Shown one piece after another: positions 9,799 through 19,437 of a stretch of DNA of 64,000 bases. Location of the stretch: the NCBI GenBank assembly GCA_910585715.1, contig CAJUEX010000013.1, positions 801-64,800 on the forward strand. Reading direction: 5' to 3'. Below the pieces are notes generated by a model. That model was not told the DNA's origin and made no database searches. It worked only from the letters and a program-made list of their open reading frames with translations. Position 1 is the first letter of the stretch; the number at the start of each line of letters is the position of its first letter. Position numbers and translations under genes: made by a program. The DNA comes from an uncultured Lachnospiraceae bacterium. GTDB taxonomy: Bacteria; Bacillota; Clostridia; Lachnospirales; Lachnospiraceae.

Positions 9799-10740
9799 TC
9801 ACTCTTCGCCCGTATTCACATCAAACAACGCATTTACAAATGCATCCGAATCAAACTTCTGCAAATCATCAATGGATTCGCCGATTCCAATGTATTTTAC
9901 AGGCACCTTCAGCTCTGACTGGATGGCAACTGCAATGCCGCCCTTTGCCGTTCCGTCCATCTTTGTCAAAATGATTCCGGTAATTTCCGCCGCCTCGCAA
10001 AATTCTCTTGCCTGCACAAGGGCATTCTGGCCGGTTGTGGCATCCAGTACAATCAGATTTTCCCTGTGGACTCCCGGAAACTCCCTGTCAATGATACGGT
10101 TTATTTTTTTCAGCTCTTCCATCAGGTTTTTCTTATTGTGGAGCCTTCCTGCCGTATCGCACAAAAGCACATCCGTCTTTCTTGCCTTTGCCGCATTGAC
10201 TCCGTCAAAAATCACGCTTGCCGGGTCAGCCCCTTCCACCCCGGAAACAATTTCCACGCCTGCCCTGTGGGACCATTCGTTTAACTGCTCCACTGCCGCT
10301 GCCCGGAAGGTATCTGCCGCAACCATCAAAACCTTTCTGCCCCGCTCTTTTAATTTTCCTGCAAGCTTTCCTACGGTAGTGGTCTTTCCCACTCCGTTTA
10401 CACCAATTACAAGCACAACGGACTGCTTTGTTTCAAACTCATAGGCGGCTTCCCCTACCTGCATCTGCTCCTTGATGTTTTCAATCAGAAGCTCCTTGCA
10501 TTCAGCCGGCTCCTTGATATGCTTTTCCTTTACCTGAGCCTTCAGGTTGTCCAGAATAGACATGGTGGCATTGACGCCAATGTCCCCCATAATGAGAATT
10601 TCCTCAAGCTCTTCATAAAACTCCTCATCTATAGAGGAAAATCCATGAAATACCGCATCGATTCCGTTTACAAAGCTGTCTCTTGTTTTTGTAAGTCCCG
10701 CCTTTAAGCGGCTGAAAAATCCTTTTTTTTCTTCCATCAA
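9799..10740 (-). CDS. ftsY: Signal recognition particle receptor FtsY
   Basis: 313 aa. SRP-GTPase motifs are present: GVNGVGKTTTVGKLA, DTAGRL and TKMDGTAKGG. The start overlaps the smc stop. Confidence 0.95.
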   Translation of the reverse strand: MMEEKKGFFSRLKAGLTKTRDSFVNGIDAVFHGFSSIDEEFYEELEEILIMGDIGVNATMSILDNLKAQVKEKHIKEPAECKELLIENIKEQMQVGEAAYEFETKQSVVLVIGVNGVGKTTTVGKLAGKLKERGRKVLMVAADTFRAAAVEQLNEWSHRAGVEIVSGVEGADPASVIFDGVNAAKARKTDVLLCDTAGRLHNKKNLMEELKKINRIIDREFPGVHRENLIVLDATTGQNALVQAREFCEAAEITGIILTKMDGTAKGGIAVAIQSELKVPVKYIGIGESIDDLQKFDSDAFVNALFDVNTGEE

Positions 10741-13700
10741 TCCATCAAATCCTTATCAATTAAATTTACGCTTACTAACGCCGATACACCCTTTTCCTGC
10801 ATGGTAATACCATATAGCCTGTCCGCCTTTTCCATGGTTCCCCGCCTGTGGGTAATGACGATGAACTGGGTATGCTTTGTGAGCTTATGTAAATATTTTG
10901 CAAAGCGGCTGACATTGGTCTCATCTAATGCCGCTTCAATTTCGTCCAACAGACAAAATGGCGAGGGCTTTAAGTTCTGAATGGCAAACAGCAGGGAAAT
11001 GGCAGCCAACGCCTTTTCTCCGCCGGATAACTGCATCATGTTCTGCAGCTTCTTTCCCGGAGGCTGTGCAATAATCTTAATGCCCGCTTCCAGAATATCC
11101 TCATCCTCCATCAGCTCCAGAGTGCCTTTTCCGCCTCCGAACAGCTCCTTAAATACTTTGTCAAACTCTTTTGTAATTTCTTCAAATTTCTCTGCAAACT
11201 GTTTCCGCATGGCAGCATCCAGCTCATCAATAATGCCAAGGAGAGTCTGCTCCGCCTGTACCAAATCGTCATGCTGGTTCTTTAAAAATTCATAGCGCTC
11301 CATTAAGTTCTTATAATCCTCAATGGCATTTACGTTAACATCCCCTAACTTCTTAATGGCGTCCTTTAATGCAAAAATTTCCTTTTTCATGGCAGGCAGG
11401 TCTGTCAGCTCTTCATTTTTCATGGACGCCGCATCGCTTAAGGTTATCTCATATTCATTCCACATATAATTTATCTGGGATTCTATGGATTCCTCCAGAC
11501 GTTCCTTCTGGCTTCCCAGACGATAGACTTCTTTATCTAAGGAGGTCATCTGCTCCGCCATCTTTTCTCTTTCCGTAAAGAAGTTCTTCTGCTTTTCGGA
11601 AAGCTCTTCTTTTCTGGCAATGTCCTGATTAAGCTTTTCTTCCGACTCGCCCTTCATGGTATAGGAAGCGGCAATGGTCTTTTCAATTTCTCCGATATTG
11701 CCTTCTTTCTGCTCTGCTTCCAGTAAAAGCTTCTCCAGATTTTCGTTAATCTCCGCTAACTCGCTTTGGTATCTGCCTATTTCCCCTAAAATACGGTCAA
11801 TATTTTCCTGCTCGAATTCCTGCTTCTGTATAAGCTTTTCCGCTTCCATATCCAGCTCGGAAACCTTTGCGGACTGGCTGCTTTCCTGTTCTCTTTCTTC
11901 CTCTAAGACAGTCTGGAACTCACTAATCTGCTTTTCAATGTTCTTTTCCATTTCTTCGGAAGCCTTCAGTTCATTTAAAATTGCCTGCTTTTCTTCTGTC
12001 AGCTCTTTAGCCTGGAATTCCAGCTGGTTCTGTTCTTCCTTCAGCTCTTCAAAGCCTTTTCCAACCTCGCTTTTCTTTTCCTCCGCCTTCATCACGTTGA
12101 GCCGCTTGGTATTCTGCTCGATAAAGCGCTTTTGAAGCTGTTCCTTTCCTTCCTCGATTTCCTTGCGAATTTTATTTCTTTCCGCTTTTGTCTGCTCAAT
12201 TGCATCTAACAGCGCATCAATTTCCTTTAAATGCCCTGCCACCTGCTCCTTTAGCTGCTCCATTTCCCTTCTGCGCCCCAAAAGGTTGCTGGAATTTTTA
12301 AAGGCACCGCCGGAAATGGCGCCTCCGGGCACCAGCAGCTCTCCCTCTAAGGTCACCATCCTTACCCCATAATCGAACTTTCTGGCAATCTTTACCGCAT
12401 GGTCCACGTTATCGACGACGACAATTCTTCCCAGCATGGCCTTTGCCACATTTTCATATTTTTTCTCTACCTTTACCAGCTCATTTGCCATGCCGATGGC
12501 GCCCTGCTCCTTCAGCACTTCGGGAGTTTTAAACTCCTGAGGATGCAAAATGCTGGTAAGGGGAAGGAAGGTAGCCCTGCCGTATTTATTTTTCTTTAAA
12601 AAGCCAATCATCTTTTTGGCGGTCTCTTCATCATTTGTAACGATATTCTGAATATTGCCTCCAAGGGCGGTTTCAATTGCGGTTTCATATTTTGGCTCCA
12701 CCTTGATGATATCCGCCACAACGCCGATGATTCCCGGATTTTTTTCTTTTTCCTCCATGACCCTCCGGATGCTGTTTCCATAGCCTTCATACCGCTCTGT
12801 CAGGTTGGTAATGGACTCCAGCTTTGACTTCTCCTGATGATACAAAACCTGGGTATCCCGAAGCTTTTTATCTGTTTCCGCCAGCTTGTCCGTTGCCTCA
12901 TGGTTCTTTTCTTCCAGAAAGCTCTGCTGTTCATTGAGCTTTTCAATACAGTCCGTCACTTCCTGAAATTCCGCTTCTAACTGCTTAATGACCTCAAGCT
13001 GCTCCGCTTCATCGGATTTTGCCCGCAAAATACGGGAATTCAGCTCTGACTTGCGGATGGAAATCTGCTCTAACATCGTATCGAAACGGCCGATTTTGGA
13101 TTTTATGGTAGCCCTTTCATTTAAGGCATTGATAATAGTATTTTTTCCTGCCTCAATGCTTTCATTCAGCTCCTCCATATGCTTCTGCATGGAAAGAAGC
13201 TGCTCCTTTGCTTCCTTTCTCACAAGCTCCAGATTGGCAAGCTGATCATCAAACTGCTTCTTTTCTTCCATGATTTCCTGCTTGTCCGCTTCTCTTTTGG
13301 CAATATCCCCTTTAATGTTTTTCTGTCTGGTAAGGAAGTGCTCTTCATTTGCCTTTGCGGACTTAATCTGCTCCTTTAAGACATTGATTTCTCCCTCCAG
13401 CTTTCCTCGAAGCACACTGGAATTGGACAGCATTTCCCTTGCGGAAACAATTGCCTTGTCCAGCTCTTCAATTTCATTCTGCACAGCCTCGTATTCATTT
13501 TTGATATTCTCGTATTTGGAAGAGGTGGACTCTAAGTCATCTTTTGCAATCCGGTATTTTTGCTCCAGCTGGTTCAGTTCTTCCTTTAACCGGCTGTTTT
13601 CCAAAAGGAATACGTTCACATCCAGCGTCTTTAACTCTTCCTTTTTCTTTAAATACACCTTTGCTGTTTCCGACTGCTTTTCCAAAGGCCCGGTCTGCTT

Positions 13701-14297
13701 TTCCAACTCTGACAAAATATCGTTAACACGGACTAAGTTCTGTTTTTCATCCTCCAGCTTTTTCTGGGCGGTAGTCTTTCTTCTTTTAAACTTTACGATT
13801 CCTGCCGCCTCATCAAAAAGCTCCCTGCGCTCTTCCGGCTTGCCGCTTAAGATTTTATCAATCTGTCCCTGCCCGATAATGGAGTAGCCTTCTTTTCCGA
13901 TACCCGTATCATAAAAAAGCTCGTTCACATCCTTTAGGCGGCATGCCGTGCCGTTAATGAGATATTCGCTTTCACCGGAACGGTAAATCCGCCTTGCCAC
14001 CGTCACCTCTTCATAGTCAATGGCAAGGGAATGGTCGCTGTTATCTAACGTGATTGCCACATACGCATAGCCAAGGGGTTTCCTGTTTTCCGTACCGGAA
14101 AAAATAACGTCCTGCATGGAAGCTCCTCTTAACTGTTTGATACGCTGCTCTCCCAAAACCCACCGCACCGCATCGGCAACATTGCTCTTGCCGCTTCCGT
14201 TAGGCCCTACGATACCTGTGATTCCGTTATGAAATTGAAAGTTGATTTTATTGGCAAAGGATTTGAATCCGTGCACCTCAATACTTTTTAAATACAT
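10737..14297 (-). CDS. smc: Chromosome segregation protein SMC
   Basis: 1186 aa. It has the Walker A motif GPNGSGKSN, long coiled coils, a hinge (GVVADIIKV...), the signature LSGGEK and Walker B FCLLDEIEAALD. Confidence 0.95.
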   Translation of the reverse strand: MYLKSIEVHGFKSFANKINFQFHNGITGIVGPNGSGKSNVADAVRWVLGEQRIKQLRGASMQDVIFSGTENRKPLGYAYVAITLDNSDHSLAIDYEEVTVARRIYRSGESEYLINGTACRLKDVNELFYDTGIGKEGYSIIGQGQIDKILSGKPEERRELFDEAAGIVKFKRRKTTAQKKLEDEKQNLVRVNDILSELEKQTGPLEKQSETAKVYLKKKEELKTLDVNVFLLENSRLKEELNQLEQKYRIAKDDLESTSSKYENIKNEYEAVQNEIEELDKAIVSAREMLSNSSVLRGKLEGEINVLKEQIKSAKANEEHFLTRQKNIKGDIAKREADKQEIMEEKKQFDDQLANLELVRKEAKEQLLSMQKHMEELNESIEAGKNTIINALNERATIKSKIGRFDTMLEQISIRKSELNSRILRAKSDEAEQLEVIKQLEAEFQEVTDCIEKLNEQQSFLEEKNHEATDKLAETDKKLRDTQVLYHQEKSKLESITNLTERYEGYGNSIRRVMEEKEKNPGIIGVVADIIKVEPKYETAIETALGGNIQNIVTNDEETAKKMIGFLKKNKYGRATFLPLTSILHPQEFKTPEVLKEQGAIGMANELVKVEKKYENVAKAMLGRIVVVDNVDHAVKIARKFDYGVRMVTLEGELLVPGGAISGGAFKNSSNLLGRRREMEQLKEQVAGHLKEIDALLDAIEQTKAERNKIRKEIEEGKEQLQKRFIEQNTKRLNVMKAEEKKSEVGKGFEELKEEQNQLEFQAKELTEEKQAILNELKASEEMEKNIEKQISEFQTVLEEEREQESSQSAKVSELDMEAEKLIQKQEFEQENIDRILGEIGRYQSELAEINENLEKLLLEAEQKEGNIGEIEKTIAASYTMKGESEEKLNQDIARKEELSEKQKNFFTEREKMAEQMTSLDKEVYRLGSQKERLEESIESQINYMWNEYEITLSDAASMKNEELTDLPAMKKEIFALKDAIKKLGDVNVNAIEDYKNLMERYEFLKNQHDDLVQAEQTLLGIIDELDAAMRKQFAEKFEEITKEFDKVFKELFGGGKGTLELMEDEDILEAGIKIIAQPPGKKLQNMMQLSGGEKALAAISLLFAIQNLKPSPFCLLDEIEAALDETNVSRFAKYLHKLTKHTQFIVITHRRGTMEKADRLYGITMQEKGVSALVSVNLIDKDLMD

Positions 14298-14308
14298 ACA
14301 ACACCTGC

Positions 14309-14995
14309 TTATTTCTTCATTTTCAACAAGGCTTCATAGGCCGCCTGCTGTTCCGCATTTTTCTTGTTCCTGCCGGCGCCCGTGCCAATCTGTTTATTTT
14401 GAAGCATTGCAGCCACATGAAACAGCTTATTGTGTTCCGGGCCCTCTTCCTTTAAAAGGACGTAGGTAAGCTCTCCCGCCTTCTTTTCCTGAACAAGCTC
14501 CTGAAGGATGGATTTGGCATCATAAAATAATTTTTTATGCTCTAAATCGTTTAAGACAAATCTTTTGATAAATTCTTTGGCACATTCCATGCCTCCGTCC
14601 AGATAAATAGCGCCAATCACCGCTTCTACCGAGTCTGCAATAATGGATTCCCGCTCTCTGCCTCCGGTTGCTTCTTCGCCCTTTCCGAACAGCATATATT
14701 TTCCAAGCTCTAATTCCCTGCCTGTAATGGCAAGAGCCTGTTCGCAGACAATGCTTGCCCTTGTTTTAGTCAGGTCACCCTCCGACATTTCCGGGTCTGC
14801 AAAATAAAGAAATTCACTGCTGACTAACTCTAATACTGCATCCCCTAAAAACTCTATCCGTTCATAATGAGCCTGCTGGTTGATTTTCTGCTCATTAGTA
14901 AAGGAGCTGTGAGTCATAGCCTGCTTTAAAAACCTTTTATCCTGAAAGGTATATCCTATTTTTTCTTCTAACCTGCTTAATGAATATTCTTCCAT
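14309..14995 (-). CDS. rnc: Ribonuclease III
   Basis: 228 aa. The RNase III signature ERIEFLGDAVLEL is followed by a C-terminal dsRBD. Confidence 0.95.
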   Translation of the reverse strand: MEEYSLSRLEEKIGYTFQDKRFLKQAMTHSSFTNEQKINQQAHYERIEFLGDAVLELVSSEFLYFADPEMSEGDLTKTRASIVCEQALAITGRELELGKYMLFGKGEEATGGRERESIIADSVEAVIGAIYLDGGMECAKEFIKRFVLNDLEHKKLFYDAKSILQELVQEKKAGELTYVLLKEEGPEHNKLFHVAAMLQNKQIGTGAGRNKKNAEQQAAYEALLKMKK

Positions 14996-15157
14996 TTTAC
15001 TTCATTCCCCGTTTTTCTTTGGGTAGTTACCTCCTTATTACTTCTGGATTTTATATGTTCTGTGAAATCCATATCCCGATTCCTGTGGGAGAAACTGTCT
15101 GAACTGTTATTTAAAATTCGCACATAACATACAATAGGGTGCCGCAATGCGGCACCT

Positions 15158-15388
15158 CTAATTCATTTTTTCCTCAATCAGCCTTACTGCCTCTTCTACT
15201 GTTTTGATTTTTTCTACCTCTTCCGGCAGGACATCAATAGAAAGCTCTTCTTCCACCCCTGTCATAATCTGAAACATATCTAAAGAATCCGCTCCAAAAT
15301 CATCTGCAAAAGAATTTTTCAGGGAAATCTCGCTTTCATCCACATTCAGCACATCAACCATAACCCTTTTTAATACTTCAAATCCCAT
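15158..15388 (-). CDS. acpP: Acyl carrier protein
   Basis: 76 aa, acidic, with the phosphopantetheine attachment motif GADSLD. Confidence 0.9.
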   Translation of the reverse strand: MGFEVLKRVMVDVLNVDESEISLKNSFADDFGADSLDMFQIMTGVEEELSIDVLPEEVEKIKTVEEAVRLIEEKMN

Positions 15389-15400
15389 GGGTTTTTCCCC

Positions 15401-16414
15401 CTATTCATCCTTCAGTAATATCTTCTCTTTGATTTTTTCGTTAATTTCCTGTTCCTTAAAGGTAATGCACTGTAAAATGGAATTTTTGATTTCTATGGAT
15501 TTTGAACTTCCATGGGTCTTCACCACCAGACCGTTCAGCCCAAGCAAGGGCGCTCCTCCATACTGCTCTAAATCAAAATCCTTTAAGGTTTCCTTTAATG
15601 CCGGCTTTACCAAAAGCGCTCCTATCTTGCTGCGTAAGGAAGTCATCATGCCTGCCTTCACCTTTTTGATAAGAGTGCCTCCCACCCCTTCATACAGCTT
15701 CAAAATCACATTTCCCACAAATGCCTCGCATACGATTACATCGGCAAGCCCTGCAGGAATATCCCTTGCTTCAATGCTTCCGATAAAGTTGATTTCGGGA
15801 CAGTTTTTCAACATGGGGAAGGTTTCCTTAACAAGGGCATTTCCCTTTTCCTCCTCTGCACCAATGTTCACAATGGCAACCTTTGGATTCTTTACGTTCA
15901 TCACATGCTCCATATACACAGAACCCATTTTGGCAAACTGGAGAAGGTGGGAGGGCCTTGCATCCACATTGGCTCCGCAGTCAATCAAAAGGGAAGCTCC
16001 TTTTTCCGTTGGAATAAGGGGGGCCAAAGGCGCTCTTTCAATTCCTTTAATCCTGCCTACCAGTACCTGTCCGCCCACTAAATTGGCGCCGGTGCTTCCT
16101 GCCGACACATAGGCATCGCAGGTGCCCGCCTTTACCATTCCCATTGCTCTTACAATAGAAGAATCCTTTTTCTTCCGGATTGCATTTACGGGAGGCTCGG
16201 CAGTTTCAATAATCTCTGTGGCATTTACGATTTCAAGCCTGTCTTTATCGTAAGTAAATTCAGCCAGATGCTTTTTTAACAGTTCTTCCTGCCCCACTAA
16301 AAACACCTTTACTCTTTCATTTTCATTCAGGGCTTCCACAGCCCCTTTTATTATCTCAGCAGGCGCATTATCCCCGCCCATTGCATCCACTGCAACATTT
16401 ACTAATCCTGACAT
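15401..16414 (-). CDS. plsX: Phosphate acyltransferase PlsX
   Basis: 337 aa. VAVDAMGGDNAP at the N-terminus and KTHGSS near the C-terminus are typical of PlsX. Confidence 0.95.
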   Translation of the reverse strand: MSGLVNVAVDAMGGDNAPAEIIKGAVEALNENERVKVFLVGQEELLKKHLAEFTYDKDRLEIVNATEIIETAEPPVNAIRKKKDSSIVRAMGMVKAGTCDAYVSAGSTGANLVGGQVLVGRIKGIERAPLAPLIPTEKGASLLIDCGANVDARPSHLLQFAKMGSVYMEHVMNVKNPKVAIVNIGAEEEKGNALVKETFPMLKNCPEINFIGSIEARDIPAGLADVIVCEAFVGNVILKLYEGVGGTLIKKVKAGMMTSLRSKIGALLVKPALKETLKDFDLEQYGGAPLLGLNGLVVKTHGSSKSIEIKNSILQCITFKEQEINEKIKEKILLKDE

Positions 16415-16479
16415 ATGTGTATTCTCCTGTTTTCTGTAAAAAGACCTTCATTTAAATATACTAAAACAGGCGGAAAAAA

Positions 16480-16581
16480 TCAAGGTGTTTCCTGCGGAAA
16501 TCCATTTTCATGAAATTCTTTAGACAGATAATGCCTGAATCTATTTGTGACTACTTCCTCAAAAGTCTCATAAGACATCAT
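16480..16581 (-). CDS. Possible 33-aa small ORF upstream of plsX
   Basis: My translation gives MMSYETFEEVVTNRFRHYLSKEFHENGFPQETP, preceded by GGAGGAAAAATTTT. It is below the track cut-off and I recognise no homology. It could simply be the plsX leader. Confidence 0.2.
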   Translation of the reverse strand: MMSYETFEEVVTNRFRHYLSKEFHENGFPQETP

Positions 16582-16607
16582 AAAATTTTTCCTCCTTCCG
16601 GGCATAA

Positions 16608-16634
16608 GAAAAAGCTGAGGATTTCTCCTCGGCT
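16608..16634 (-). terminator. Rho-independent terminator after the HipA-like locus
   Basis: The minus strand reads AGCCGAGGA-GAAA-TCCTCAGCT followed by TTTTTC. This is a 9-bp stem with one mismatch. Confidence 0.5.
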
Positions 16635-16656
16635 TTCCATGTGTCCTGTTTTTATT

Positions 16657-17549
16657 TTATGCAATTCCATATTTCCTGAAAATAAGGTTGAGTTCCTCCC
16701 TGCTGATTTTCCCTGGAAGGTAATATGCTTTCACGCTTGCCTCCACTGCCTCAAACAGCAGGTCAAACTGAATCCAGTCCTCCGCATCGTAATACTCCTG
16801 CAGCTCCTTAAAATCACTCTGCAAGCCAGCCGGAAGGCTGTCGGGCAGGGCGATTGTTTTATCATTATACATGCTGTCTGCCCCTTTCTTTTCGTTCCTG
16901 TATTTCCCCGGCTTCACCAGCTTTCTTTCATCAGACAGAACCTCCAGCATCTTTTCCTCGTCCCATTTGCAATTCAGGCAGTTGCCGTTGTCATAGACAG
17001 GGGCAATACGCTTGCTGCCGTCCATGCCTAAAACAATCCCCCAGTTACTATTGTTTCTGTCCGGGTTTCCAAGCAGGGCATCCACCACGAACATATCCCA
17101 GAAGTGCTCCCTGATACCCTGCACATCAGTTAAGAACGGATGCTCCTGTATCGTCATCAGGATTTCGTACAGGTCAACACCTATGCCGTTTGTCTCATTC
17201 CCATCAGAATCCAGAAAATACGGCTCAAATGTTACCTTAATTTTGTCAAACTCATACAGCTTCTCTCCGTCCTCTAAAAAATCTCCACAAGCAACAACGA
17301 TTTTTCCTTTCTTTCACCAAGCATGGTTTCATGCACCTGAAAACCGAGCATTCGGTAAACTTGCGAACCGATGTATTCACATACCGGACTGTTGTAGTAA
17401 CTGAGCCGGATATTTTTCATTCCCTGTTCCCTTAGATTTCCCGGAAATTTCAGTATATAATCCCTTCCGTTATAGGAAATGCCCATTTTTCTTCCGGCAG
17501 TTCCCCCATACATTCTCTGGTACTGTTCATATCCGTTAAAGTCTGCCAT
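16657..17549 (-). pseudogene. HipA-like serine/threonine kinase, split by a frameshift
   Basis: Two ORFs lie in different frames: 17274..17549, with a HipA-like N-terminus, and 16657..17157, with the kinase core LLGNPDRNNSNWG. The downstream frame stays open back to 17313 and reads VVACGDFLEDGEKLYEF.... The total span of 893 nt is not divisible by 3. The frame change must lie within 17277-17313, which includes an A/G-rich tract (17297-17313). Confidence 0.7.
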
Positions 17550-17603
17550 TTTTTTCTCTTTCTATCTGAAATCTTTCTAAAAGAAATTTCATATCCTTTA
17601 AAA

Positions 17604-18386
17604 TCAACCTTCTATATGAAATATTCTTTCCGTATTTTTCCTTGCATTTTCCATCAATACATCCTCTGATACTTTCATATATTTTGCCAGTTCCCTCACA
17701 ACATACTTAATATTCTGCGGCACATTGGTCCTGTCAAGCCCCGGAACGTTCTTAGGCGTTAAATACGGCGCATCCGTCTCCACCAGAATCCGGTCCAGAG
17801 GAATGATATGCACCGCCTCCCGCAATTCCTTCCCCCGGCGGTCGTCACAAATCCATCCGGTAATTCCTATGGAAAATCCCATGGAAAGATATTTGTCCAG
17901 ATTTTTCATATCTCCTGTGAAACAATGCACAACCGAGTTCCTGCATAAATCCGGATGCTTTTTGAATCTTTTTATAAAATCATCGGCTGCGCTACGCTCA
18001 TGAAGGAACAACGGCATATTCAGTTTCTCGGCAAGCACAATATGTTTTTCCAGACATCTTATCTGATTTTCCTTCGCGGAAAACATCCTGTCATAATCCA
18101 GCCCACATTCCCCTATGGCAACTATTTTCTTATTTTCCGATACAATCTGCTCTATAAGCTTAAAATCCTCCTGCTTTGCACGGTCCGCATTATGAGGATG
18201 GATTCCTGCTGTGCCAAAAGCCTCATGGGTCTTTACAAAATCATTGATTCTCTTATTCTCCTTCATATCTGTTCCGGTGAGAATACAGCATACTCCATCA
18301 TCACCTGCCTCACTGATAATCCTTTCAGGCTCCGGAAACTGTTTACAAAAAAGATTCAAACCTATATCATAATATTTTACCTGCAT
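17604..18386 (-). CDS. TatD family metal-dependent hydrolase/DNase
   Basis: The start is taken at MQVKYYDIGLNL, which has AGGAG upstream. The track ORF begins 14 codons earlier. TatD motifs are present: GIHPH, IGECGLDY, LFLHER, HCFTG and ETDAPY. Confidence 0.85.
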   Translation of the reverse strand: MQVKYYDIGLNLFCKQFPEPERIISEAGDDGVCCILTGTDMKENKRINDFVKTHEAFGTAGIHPHNADRAKQEDFKLIEQIVSENKKIVAIGECGLDYDRMFSAKENQIRCLEKHIVLAEKLNMPLFLHERSAADDFIKRFKKHPDLCRNSVVHCFTGDMKNLDKYLSMGFSIGITGWICDDRRGKELREAVHIIPLDRILVETDAPYLTPKNVPGLDRTNVPQNIKYVVRELAKYMKVSEDVLMENARKNTERIFHIEG

Positions 18387-18448
18387 ATCATTTTTCTCCT
18401 GTTTCTTAATACACAATACTAAAATCAAGTCTTAATATACATTCCATA

Positions 18449-19378
18449 TTACACGATTACAATACATACCTCATGAATGATTATTCTTTTATCCTTTTTC
18501 CTTATTACATCCATTATGGTTTTTCTAATCTGGTTACAAACCATATCTTCCTCATTGTGATAAAACCTGTTATGTACATAGCTCTCATACTCCAAAAGCT
18601 CTAATCCGAAACTGTAACTATCGTATTTTTTTCTTGATGTCATATGGACTTCAACAAATACCGTCTTCAATTCAACAGGTCTGTCTATATAGTTAAAATA
18701 AGAAGGACTGAATATCATATATGACTTAGAACTAACCATGCATAAATCCATTCTCTCCGAAATCGCATTTCGTAACTCGTCTCTGGTTAAATATGCAATA
18801 TCCTTTATGGAATACTTTAAAAGCTTATCCAGCGGAGTATTGTCCAGTTTCCCCGACCTCGCCTTGTATAAAATCTTTTCCCGCTCTTCGTCTTTTTCTT
18901 TTTCTATATTCACCTTTTGCTTTTTATAAAAATACTGAGGGTATACCCTGCCCTTATAAACATATACATTGCACAGTTGCTGCGCATTGACATACTCAAA
19001 AGGACATTTTCCATAATCACCGAATTCTGCAAAATATGCTTTCCTGTCGATATGATAACATACCTTTATTCTATATACTATTTTAGAAGAATATGGTCCG
19101 CATACCTTTTTTTCCTTTGTATATATGGATACTACCTTTCCTTTATATTCTTTCCCTCTGGCTATAGCCTTTTTCCTCTTATGCTCCTTCGGATACCATA
19201 TACAGAAAACAATTGCTTCCAACATACAAAAACCGGCAAAGCTATATGCTATATTGTCTAAAAAAGCCTTATTAATCCCATAAACATATATACAGGTTAA
19301 TAGAATCCATATTTCCAATACTGCAATCACAACATGCAGATATCTTATCTCTTCAAATCTATTATATAGTCTTTTCAT
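18449..19378 (-). CDS. Hypothetical membrane protein (two N-terminal TM helices, DUF3592-like segment)
   Basis: 309 aa in a visibly AT-rich stretch. Two TM helices are followed by GKEYKGKVVSIYTKEKK...YRIKVCYHIDRKAY, which resembles DUF3592. The C-terminal half is unrecognised. Confidence 0.55.
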   Translation of the reverse strand: MKRLYNRFEEIRYLHVVIAVLEIWILLTCIYVYGINKAFLDNIAYSFAGFCMLEAIVFCIWYPKEHKRKKAIARGKEYKGKVVSIYTKEKKVCGPYSSKIVYRIKVCYHIDRKAYFAEFGDYGKCPFEYVNAQQLCNVYVYKGRVYPQYFYKKQKVNIEKEKDEEREKILYKARSGKLDNTPLDKLLKYSIKDIAYLTRDELRNAISERMDLCMVSSKSYMIFSPSYFNYIDRPVELKTVFVEVHMTSRKKYDSYSFGLELLEYESYVHNRFYHNEEDMVCNQIRKTIMDVIRKKDKRIIIHEVCIVIV

Positions 19379-19437
19379 ATAGTCCCCTGATTCATAATCC
19401 CCTAATTTATAAGACTACTATACCTTTTATCCCACCA

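Noticed and set aside
10981-13887. Many plus-strand ORFs inside smc (Ser/Phe-rich, 60-205 aa)
   Set aside because: They are antisense shadows of the Glu/Lys/Leu-rich coiled-coil coding sequence of smc, and I recognise no motifs. The same reasoning applies to antisense ORFs inside ffh, ftsY, ilvA, plsX, rpsA and the rnf genes.
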